NCBI GenBank assembly: GCA_037045155.1
Contig: JBAOIG010000002.1
Span: 278,433-342,432, forward strand
DNA: 64,000 bases
From: Thermomicrobiales bacterium
Lineage (GTDB): Bacteria > Chloroflexota > Chloroflexia > Thermomicrobiales > CFX8
Direction: 5' to 3'
Below are positions 57,144 to 64,000 of the stretch, piece after piece. The translations under genes were made by a program, and so were the position numbers. How positions within the stretch are numbered: the first letter of the stretch is position 1; each line of letters starts with the position of its first letter. The notes beneath the pieces were generated by a model that was not told the origin of the DNA, did no database searches, and was given only the letters and a program-made list of their open reading frames with translations.

Positions 57144-58628
57144 GTGAGGGCCGAGGTGAGGATCGCGATCGGGGAGTTCGCCCACGAGACGAACACGTTC
57201 CGGGCCGGCACGACGCCGGTCGAGGCGTTTCAGAATAGGCACTGGCTGACGGGCGACGAGATCGTAGCCGGCCATCGCGGGGTGCGCGATAGCCTGGGCG
57301 GGATGCTCGACGCGGCCGAGCGGCTGGGGGTCGAGGTCGTGCCGACCTTCGCGACGAGCACCGAGCCATCGGCGACGATCGCGCGGGCGGCCTACGATGA
57401 GATCCGCGACCGGCTGCTGGCCGGCATCCGCGCGGCCGGCGAGATCGACGCGCTCTGTCTGGCGTTGCATGGGGCCGGCGTGGCCGAGGGGATCGACGAC
57501 CTGGAGGGCACGCTGCTGGGCGAGGTTCGCGCGGTCGTCGGGCCAGACCTGCCGGTCGTCGTCACGCTTGACCTGCACGGGAACCAGACGCCGGCGATGG
57601 TCGAGCATGCCAGCGTCCTGCTGAACTGCCACCTCTACCCGCACACCGACATGTATGAGCGCGGGATCGAGGCTGTCGAGCTGGCGCAGCAGATCGTCGA
57701 GGGGTCGCTGAAGCCGACGATGCACATGATCACGCTGCCGATGACGATCCCGCCATCGACGACGATGCTGGGGGTTGCCAAAGACATCAACGAGCTGTGC
57801 TGGGAATGGGAGTCCGGTCCCGGAATCGTGGATGTCTCATTCGTCCACGGCTTCCCGCACACCGACATCCCGAACATCAACGTGACCGTCGTCGCGACGA
57901 CGAACGACGACCCGGCGCTGGCCGCGCGGGCAGCGACGGCGGTCGCGCGGTCGATCTGGGAGCGGCGCGGCGAGTTCCTCGTCACGCTGCCGGGGGCCGA
58001 GGAGGCGGTCCGGCAGGCAATGGCCGGCGACCGACAACCGGTCGTGATCGCCGAGGTCTCCGACAATCCCGGCGGTGGCGCTCCGGGCGACGGCACACAG
58101 CTGCTGCGAGCGCTCCTGGCGGCCAACCCGGAACGCGCGGCCTTCGGCTTCATCGCCGATCCTGAGGTCGCGCAGCAGGCGCACGAGGCTGGGGTTGGCG
58201 CGACAATCGACATCCGGCTCGGTGGCAAGAGCGACGACCTGCACGGCGCGCCGATCGAGGCGCGCGCCTATGTGAAGTGTCTGACCGACGGCCGGTTCGT
58301 CTATACGACACCGATGGGCGCCGGTAGTCAGGTCGACCTTGGGCCAATGGCGCGGCTGGTGATCGGCAACGTCGACGTGCTCGTCTCGACCATCCGGACG
58401 CAGACACTCGACGCCGAGGTGTTCCTGCTGCACGGCATCGACGCGCGGCGCTACGACATCGTCGCGCTTAAGTCGCAGCAGCACTTCCGGGCCGGCTTCG
58501 TCGACATCGCTGGCGAGATCATCCGCTGCGACACAGGTGGATCGACGACGTCGAATCTCGACGCGCTCCCGTTCCAGCGCGTTGCTCGCCCGATCTGGCC
58601 GCTCGACCGCGATGTCGTCTGGGGGTGA
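57144..58628 (+). CDS. M81-family metallopeptidase (MlrC-like).
   Basis: N-terminus (V)RIAIGEFAHETNTF, then LHGA, with a C-terminal MlrC_C-like half. The start may be GTG 57156. Confidence 0.75.
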   Translation: MRAEVRIAIGEFAHETNTFRAGTTPVEAFQNRHWLTGDEIVAGHRGVRDSLGGMLDAAERLGVEVVPTFATSTEPSATIARAAYDEIRDRLLAGIRAAGEIDALCLALHGAGVAEGIDDLEGTLLGEVRAVVGPDLPVVVTLDLHGNQTPAMVEHASVLLNCHLYPHTDMYERGIEAVELAQQIVEGSLKPTMHMITLPMTIPPSTTMLGVAKDINELCWEWESGPGIVDVSFVHGFPHTDIPNINVTVVATTNDDPALAARAATAVARSIWERRGEFLVTLPGAEEAVRQAMAGDRQPVVIAEVSDNPGGGAPGDGTQLLRALLAANPERAAFGFIADPEVAQQAHEAGVGATIDIRLGGKSDDLHGAPIEARAYVKCLTDGRFVYTTPMGAGSQVDLGPMARLVIGNVDVLVSTIRTQTLDAEVFLLHGIDARRYDIVALKSQQHFRAGFVDIAGEIIRCDTGGSTTSNLDALPFQRVARPIWPLDRDVVWG

Positions 58629-58645
58629 CGACCGGACAGGAACGA

Positions 58646-58673
58646 CCCCCTTGCTCGATCCTGGGCAGGGGGG
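58646..58673. terminator. Stem-loop between convergent genes.
   Basis: CCCCCTTGC-10 nt-GCAGGGGGG, 9 bp with one T.G pair. Confidence 0.35.
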
Positions 58674-58712
58674 TTGGCGGCAGGAGGCGTCCTGCTATCG
58701 ATCGGGTATCCG

Positions 58713-58997
58713 CTACGCGTGTGGAGTGCGATCCACTTCCTGCCAGTTCGCCGCCCGCTCCATCTGGGTGACCTTGCGGACGTGGATTGCGTGCTTACCG
58801 CCCCGTGTGACCTGTAACGATGGCTGGAGCTCGTAGTAGACGTAGTCGCCCGCCACGACCGGATCGTCGTAGGGACGAACCGCAAAGCTGACATCCGCCG
58901 AGCCATCGTCGGGCAGGATGAAGCCGATATTCGCGTCCGGATCGTAGAACGTCACCTTGCCCGATTTCCGCGCGAGCTCTTCCAAGCGACTATCCAT
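58713..58997 (-). CDS. Cold-shock-domain-like (OB-fold) small protein.
   Basis: GKVTFYDPDANIGFILPDDGSADVSF resembles the G-x-V-K-W-F..GFGFI..DG..D-[VI]-F core of cold-shock domains. ATG 58997 is preferred over 59051. Confidence 0.45.
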   Translation of the reverse strand: MDSRLEELARKSGKVTFYDPDANIGFILPDDGSADVSFAVRPYDDPVVAGDYVYYELQPSLQVTRGGKHAIHVRKVTQMERAANWQEVDRTPHA

Positions 58998-59075
58998 CGA
59001 CCTGCCACCCCTGTTCCTGCACAACGAGCGATCGGCGCATCGATCTGACATAGCATACCCGAACAGGGGCCAGCC

Positions 59076-59438
59076 TCAGGCCGGTTCCAGCCAATCGATC
59101 GCGACCTTCGCAGCGCCGTGGACGCTCGTTACCCGTAGCAGGCTGTCGCCGGCATTGCTGAAGCGATGGGGTATCCCAGCCGGAACGAGGACAATCTCGC
59201 CGGGTCCGGCCTCGACCGTCTCGCCGCCAATGACGAACGTGCCACGTCCCTCGGCAATGACGAAGACCTCCTCATAGTCGTGGCGGTGCAAGCGTGGGCC
59301 ATCGCCCGGCTGGATCTCGCCGAGCATCAGCGAGATCGTCTCCAGCCCGTGCTCGTCGGCATTCATAAAGCGGGCAACGACGCCGGGGCTGCCGACCTGT
59401 CGCGGCTCGAGGCTGTCGCGCGTAATCTGATAGTGCAT
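59076..59438 (-). CDS. Cupin-domain protein.
   Basis: Cupin motifs GPRLHRHDYEEVFVIAEGRG and GEIVLVPAGIPHRFSN. GGAG lies before ATG 59438. Confidence 0.75.
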   Translation of the reverse strand: MHYQITRDSLEPRQVGSPGVVARFMNADEHGLETISLMLGEIQPGDGPRLHRHDYEEVFVIAEGRGTFVIGGETVEAGPGEIVLVPAGIPHRFSNAGDSLLRVTSVHGAAKVAIDWLEPA

Positions 59439-59511
59439 CGCGGGCTCCATCCAGTAATCAGAAAGCGACACATCTTCGCAATCATACAGGGTCGAGCGAC
59501 GGAGAAATCGG

Positions 59512-59955
59512 TCAGTGTTCGACTGGCCGGCGTGGTCCGGTTACTCCTGCGGCGTCCAGGACGTGATCGATCACGCGCTGCAGCTCGTCGCGCTCGGTTT
59601 GTGCGAGTGGCTCGAGGAAATGGGCAAGCATCTCGCGACGGCGTAGACGCCACTGTTCGACCTGCGCCTTGCCCGTCTCCGTGAGGCTGACGCGAACGAT
59701 CCGCTCGTCGTCGGCGCAGCGCTCACGAAGGACCAGACCATCGCGTTCCAGCCGCTTGCAGGCGGTCGTTGTCGAGCTCTGCGAGATGCCCAGGGCGGTC
59801 GCGAGCTCGCCGATGCTCGATCGGCCGCGCAGATTCAGCTGGCGCAGCAGCCAGTATTGCTGGGCGGTGATTTCCCCCTGCTCGACGGGATTCGATAGCA
59901 GATGCAGCTCGCGCCAGAACATCAGCAGGCTTTCGGTTAGCCGGTCAGTTGGCAT
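59512..59955 (-). CDS. MarR-family transcriptional regulator.
   Basis: AAGGAG RBS. Winged HTH ITAQQYWLLRQLNLRGRSSIGELATALGISQSSTTTACKRLERDGLVLRE. Divergent from an MFS efflux gene, the classic MarR/efflux layout. Confidence 0.88.
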   Translation of the reverse strand: MPTDRLTESLLMFWRELHLLSNPVEQGEITAQQYWLLRQLNLRGRSSIGELATALGISQSSTTTACKRLERDGLVLRERCADDERIVRVSLTETGKAQVEQWRLRRREMLAHFLEPLAQTERDELQRVIDHVLDAAGVTGPRRPVEH

Positions 59956-60058
59956 GCTCTGGCTCTCCTTCTCGCCGATAGTATATTGACAGTGAATGGT
60001 ACTCGGGCGCACACTAGTTCGGCATTATTTCGCATCGCCTGGTTTGGAGCACGACGGA

Positions 60059-61561
60059 ATGGGACGAGCGACACAAGAGGCAGGATCGACATCGGCGGAG
60101 GGCAGCGCCAGTGAGGAGTCGGTCAGTCCACGCTCGATCCTCATCTTCGCCATTGTCTCGCTCGCGCTGCTGATGTCCAGTATCGACTCCACAATCGTCG
60201 CCGTCGCCCTGCCGAACATGATGAAGGGGCTGAACACAAACCTGATCTGGATCTCCTGGGTCATCACTGGCTACAGCCTGACCCAGACGGTGATGATGCC
60301 AATGGCCGGCAAGCTGAGCGATGATTTCGGGCGCAAGCGGCTGTTCCTCGGTTGTGTCGTTCTGTTTACCGCCAGCTCGCTGCTCTGTGCGATCGCGCCG
60401 ACCGTCCAGCTGCTGATCCTGTTTCGTGTGCTGCAGGCAGTCGGGGGCGGGGCGTTTCTGCCCTCGGCGGCCGGCATCGTCAGCGACGTCTTCAGCCCCA
60501 GACATCGCGGCACGGCGATCGGGCTGTTCACCAGCGTCTTCCCGCTGGGCGGCATTATCGGGCCGAACGTCGGGGGCTGGATGATCGACAACTTCGGCTG
60601 GCGCTCGATCTTCTCGGTGAACGTGCCAATCGGCGTCGTTCTGTTTGCCACCGGCATCGTCTTCCTGCCGGCCGGCGGGCGGATCACTGGCCGGCGCAGC
60701 ATCGACCTCATCGGCGCGGGCGCATTCGCCACCGGCGTGGTAGCCCTGATGTACGGCATGAGCGTCTGGGGCACCAACGTCAGCTTCGAGTGGCAAGTTG
60801 CGGCGTGGATGGTGGCTGGCATCGTCGCGCTGGTTCTGTTCGTCCGTCACGAAGCGCGAACCAAAGATCCGATGATCGACCTGCGGCTGCTGAAGCAGCG
60901 CGCCTTCGTCGCCGCGAACCTCTACAACTTTCTCTATGGCGGACTGGTGTTCGGCTTCTTCAGCTTCATCCCACTCTACGCAACCCTCGAATACGGTATG
61001 ACGGCCAGCCAGGCCGGATTCATCCTGACCCCGCGAGCAATCGCGATGATCAGCCTGTCAGCGATCTCGTCATTCCTGCTCATCCGCTTCGGCTATCGCA
61101 TCCCGATGATCCTCGGCATCACCCTGATCAGTATCGGTCTGTTCGTGACCGGCCGAGGGATTCACGACCCGACGATCTTCGGCTACCACGTCAGCAACCT
61201 GGTGTTCCTCTCGATCACGATCGCGATCACCGGTCTGGGCGTCGGCATCGGCGGTCCTGCCGCGAACAACGCCGCCCTCGATCTGATGCCCGACGCGGTT
61301 GCGCGGATCACGGGCTTGCGTGGCATGTTCCGCTCCAGTGGTGGCGTCCTTGGCACAGCCGCGATCGTTCTTGCCCTGGCTCACTTCGATGACCAGGGTC
61401 GCGGGCTGGAGGTGATCTTCACCGCGCTATCGTTCCTGATCCTGTTGATCATCCCGGTTGTCTTCCTGATCCCCGACACCGCGCGGAATCGTCGCAAGGC
61501 TCATGGGAGGGCGGAGAGTCAGGCCGGCCAGGTTCAGGTGCAGATGGCAAACGATGACTGA
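60059..61561 (+). CDS. MFS drug/H+ antiporter, DHA2 (EmrB/QacA, 14-TM) type.
   Basis: LMSSIDSTIVAVALPNM, GKLSDDFGRKR (motif A) and LQAVGGGAFLP motifs. About 14 hydrophobic segments. Confidence 0.85.
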   Translation: MGRATQEAGSTSAEGSASEESVSPRSILIFAIVSLALLMSSIDSTIVAVALPNMMKGLNTNLIWISWVITGYSLTQTVMMPMAGKLSDDFGRKRLFLGCVVLFTASSLLCAIAPTVQLLILFRVLQAVGGGAFLPSAAGIVSDVFSPRHRGTAIGLFTSVFPLGGIIGPNVGGWMIDNFGWRSIFSVNVPIGVVLFATGIVFLPAGGRITGRRSIDLIGAGAFATGVVALMYGMSVWGTNVSFEWQVAAWMVAGIVALVLFVRHEARTKDPMIDLRLLKQRAFVAANLYNFLYGGLVFGFFSFIPLYATLEYGMTASQAGFILTPRAIAMISLSAISSFLLIRFGYRIPMILGITLISIGLFVTGRGIHDPTIFGYHVSNLVFLSITIAITGLGVGIGGPAANNAALDLMPDAVARITGLRGMFRSSGGVLGTAAIVLALAHFDDQGRGLEVIFTALSFLILLIIPVVFLIPDTARNRRKAHGRAESQAGQVQVQMANDD

Positions 61562-61568
61562 CAAGCTC

Positions 61569-61873
61569 AGTGGATATATATCCTCATTGTTGTATGAGGT
61601 TATAGTCGTTATCAGTAGGGGTTGTGGATTGTGTGGATAACTGCCGGGAGCCGCACCGGGACGGCTGAAACAGGCGGGACAGCCCGTCGGAGAACTCGTC
61701 CACATCTCCCCAGCCGGCGGCAGTGACTGATCTGTCACCGGCCGGCCATCCGCAGAGCCGGCCCGTTTGTCCACCATTGCCCCCGGCAACTATCAACGCC
61801 AACCCCCTGTACGTACACAGCGATTGACGGTATTGTCCACAGTCATCCACATTCCGGCATCAGGTTATCCACA
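61569..61873. other. DnaA-box cluster with an adjacent AT-rich tract (candidate oriC, or datA/DARS-like DnaA-binding locus).
   Basis: Perfect boxes: TGTGGATAA at 61632-61640 and TTATCCACA at 61865-61873. One-mismatch boxes: TTGTCCACA at 61833-61841 and TCATCCACA at 61843-61851. Two-mismatch boxes at 61569-61577, 61623-61631, 61696-61704 and 61767-61775. AT-rich tract at 61571-61615. Confidence 0.55.
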
Positions 61874-61951
61874 TCGGGCAGTGTCTGGGGATCGTGGAAC
61901 GGGGGGAGTTGACTGGCAGTCAGTCGGGGGGACGGGCGTTGCCGGGCAACA

Positions 61952-62368
61952 TCAGGCGGGGCTAGCTGACCCAGCCGGATTGTCGCCAGCGAGGTGAAGC
62001 GCGGCGTTGATGCTGATGATCAATATGTCGATATCGAATGGCTTCTCGATAATGCCGTCGGACAGAAGGTCCGCGATCGTCTCGAGGAGGATGAAGCCGG
62101 CCGACATCGCGATCACCGGGATGGCGGATGTCCGCGGGTCGGCTTTCAGCTCGCGCACGGCGTCAATCCCATTCATCACCGGCATCATCAGATCCATCAG
62201 GATCAGCGATGGCGGGTTATCGTGGACCATGCGGAGCGCCTCCTGGCCGTTCGAAGCGGTCTGTGGCGCGAACCCCTCGTCCTCCAGTAGCGCCTCTAGG
62301 GCGGACCGGATCGTTGGGTCATCATCGACAATCAAGATATGCGACGCGATAGTAGTGTCACTTTTCAC
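61952..62368 (-). CDS. Stand-alone CheY-like response regulator receiver protein.
   Basis: ILIVDDD, LILMDLMMPVMNG, PVIAMSA and KPF motifs. No output domain. Confidence 0.85.
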   Translation of the reverse strand: MKSDTTIASHILIVDDDPTIRSALEALLEDEGFAPQTASNGQEALRMVHDNPPSLILMDLMMPVMNGIDAVRELKADPRTSAIPVIAMSAGFILLETIADLLSDGIIEKPFDIDILIISINAALHLAGDNPAGSASPA

Positions 62369-62550
62369 GTAACGGAACGACTACTGTCTCATCTGCTCCA
62401 TCACATGGAACAGCGACATCCGGCCCCCACCACGGGACATCGCAGGGTGGATCGCAAGAAGCAGGCCAGCCGTCGTTCGACACACGCATTCGCCGAACGT
62501 GTACGATCGGGGGAACGTTGATTGTTCGACCTGTCGTTGTTGGGGGGTAG

Positions 62551-62796
62551 GTGACAACACTGAACGGGATCGGGGCTCCGCTGCTGGCCGCGAGCGCGCC
62601 GGGATGGCTCGTATCGGCGGTGATCGTTGTCATCGCGATCATCCTGGCGATTACGACCGTGGTGCTGATGCTGATTCGCCCGCGAACAGTCGAGGCCGGC
62701 GACGATGGCGTCGTCCGGCGGACGGTCGATCCGATGCTGATACTGTCGGCGCTGGTCGTCGTTGCGCTGGCAATCGCTGCCTGGCTGTTGCGCTGA
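62551..62796 (+). CDS. Small two-helix membrane protein.
   Basis: GGGGGG lies before GTG 62551. Hydrophobic helices WLVSAVIVVIAIILAITTVVLML and MLILSALVVVALAIAAWLL. Confidence 0.4.
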   Translation: MTTLNGIGAPLLAASAPGWLVSAVIVVIAIILAITTVVLMLIRPRTVEAGDDGVVRRTVDPMLILSALVVVALAIAAWLLR

Positions 62797-62953
62797 CGCG
62801 ATACTGGCGCTGGTGGCACGCAACATGCTCTACAAGATAGCGACGACGGTGCCCCCACGCCGGCGTCCGGGATCCGAATGGATCTTGACGCACACATCCT
62901 CCTACCCCATCACCCCTCCCGAGGCGGCCCTCTTCAAGGGCCGTCTCACCTTT

Positions 62954-64000
62954 CTATGACCCTGGATCAGCCGTTCGGAATTCCGGCTCATCGACCCGGT
63001 AGTCCCGGATGCGCGGGCTGGCTGCTGCGACGCCGGCCGCGATAAGGATGCACGCGACCCCGCCGGCAATCACGGCTGGCTGCGTGCCGAACAGCTTCGC
63101 CGTCAGTCCTGCCTCGAAGTTGCCCAGCTCCGGACCGCCGCCAGCGAAGACGGTGTGCACCGCCGCTATGCGCCCGCGAAGCGGATCCGGCGTCGCCAGC
63201 TGGCGGATCGTGTGGCGGAAGGTCATGCTGACCGTGTCGGCTGCCCCCGAAGCCGCCAGGGCCAGCAACGCGACCCGGAAGCTGGGCGCCGCGCCGAAGA
63301 TAGCCACTGCCACCCCGTAGCAGGCGACCGAGAGGATCACCATTCGTCCCGGGCGTCGGGAGACTGGCAGCGCGGAAAGCACCAGCCCGCCGACCACTGC
63401 CCCCGCCGCTGGCGCGGCGTAGAGCAACCCGAGCCCATCGGCCCCAACCTTCAGAATCTCGCTGGCGAAGATCGGCAGCAGCACGAGCGACGCGCCGAAC
63501 AGCGTCGCAAGGAAATCGAGCACCATCAGCGAGAGGATAACCGGGTTCTCGCGGACGAAGCGCAGCCCCTCCAGCACCGCGTCGATGCCTCCCTGCGCGC
63601 CGAGCGGCACACCAGGCCGCTCGCGCATGGCCAGCAGCGCCAGAATGACCGCGCCGAACGAGACAGCGTCGATCGCGTAGGTCGTCGTCAGGCCAAAGCT
63701 GGCGATCGCCAGCCCGCCGAGCGCCGGGCCGGCCACCGCCGCGATGTTGCTGGATACGATATTCAGCGTAATTGCCTGGGCCAACCGGTGGCGTGGGACC
63801 AGATTCGGGATCAGCGCCTGGCGGGCCGGGTCATCGAAAACATCGACCGTCGCCGTCAGCACGGTTACCACGTAGATGAGGCCGACCGACGCGCGGCCGG
63901 CCCCGGTGGCGATCGCGAGACCCAGCGAGAAGAGCGCCAGGAGCGCCTGGGTGATCAGCAGCAGCCGGCGTCGATCGCGGGCATCGGCGAACGTCCCGCC
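62954..64000 (-). CDS. MFS transporter (MFS_3/EntS-like). The N-terminus lies beyond the window end.
   Basis: The open frame continues upstream of ORF 62954..63871 to the window edge (..RRRLLLITQALLALFSLGLAIATGAG..VDVFDDPARQALIPNLVPR..). About 10 TM segments are visible. Confidence 0.7.
   Translation of the reverse strand, partial: GGTFADARDRRRLLLITQALLALFSLGLAIATGAGRASVGLIYVVTVLTATVDVFDDPARQALIPNLVPRHRLAQAITLNIVSSNIAAVAGPALGGLAIASFGLTTTYAIDAVSFGAVILALLAMRERPGVPLGAQGGIDAVLEGLRFVRENPVILSLMVLDFLATLFGASLVLLPIFASEILKVGADGLGLLYAAPAAGAVVGGLVLSALPVSRRPGRMVILSVACYGVAVAIFGAAPSFRVALLALAASGAADTVSMTFRHTIRQLATPDPLRGRIAAVHTVFAGGGPELGNFEAGLTAKLFGTQPAVIAGGVACILIAAGVAAASPRIRDYRVDEPEFRTADPGS

Noticed and set aside
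59956-60058. MarR operator palindrome in the MarR/MFS divergent region (agtatattgacagtgaatggtact).
   Set aside because: Only the outer 4-5 nt are symmetric, which is too weak to call. Promoter hexamers (TTGACA at about 59985, TATACT on the minus strand) are present but ordinary.
1-64000. tRNA, rRNA and tmRNA genes.
   Set aside because: I scanned for T-loop-like GGTTCGAATCC / GTTCGA contexts and rRNA-like conserved strings and found none in a plausible cloverleaf context. A proper tRNAscan/Infernal run is still needed.

Overview
High-GC (about 65-68% by eye) bacterial chromosomal segment with about 55 protein-coding genes. I found no rRNA, tRNA, CRISPR array, transposase or integrase. The BNR/Asp-box propeller proteins, secreted proteins with Thr/Pro linkers, LGFP-like 'QYFERxRFEYHPE' modules and 'GTCATCCTGAG..GAAGGATCTC' palindromic repeats remind me of Chloroflexota (Thermomicrobia/Sphaerobacter-like). 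That placement is from memory and unverified. Main gene content: secreted hydrolases (BNR protein, SGNH hydrolase, M14 carboxypeptidase, polysaccharide deacetylase); an 8.5-kb lower-GC peptide uptake and degradation block (2 Opp/Dpp permeases, a binding protein, 2 M24 peptidases, an S9 peptidase, no ATPase); an OmpR/histidine-kinase pair; HtpX; several MFS transporters; aminotransferases; and VOC, DinB, cupin, MarR and LysR genes. Points of interest: (1) A 390-bp convergent intergenic gap (61.56-61.95 kb) holds 2 perfect, 2 one-mismatch and 4 two-mismatch DnaA boxes next to the most AT-rich tract of the window. It is a candidate oriC or DnaA-titration site, with no dnaA nearby. (2) Frame disruption is indel-only. 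One BNR gene carries at least a dozen frame changes, and five other genes carry a single indel each. One of those indels creates an artefactual histidine kinase::beta-lactamase-family fusion ORF. (3) A 1.3-kb islet of about 50% GC has a near-consensus sigma70 promoter, a membrane-anchored GAF-like protein and a small SHOCT-like protein. (4) A modular palindromic repeat family occurs at four loci, including a 4 x 123-bp tandem array. (5) A (GTCCCCC)6 heptamer microsatellite lies in a promoter region. (6) An uncharacterised paralogous secreted-protein family and recurrent LGFP-like modules are present. Everything here comes from reading the sequence and ORF track; no searches were run.
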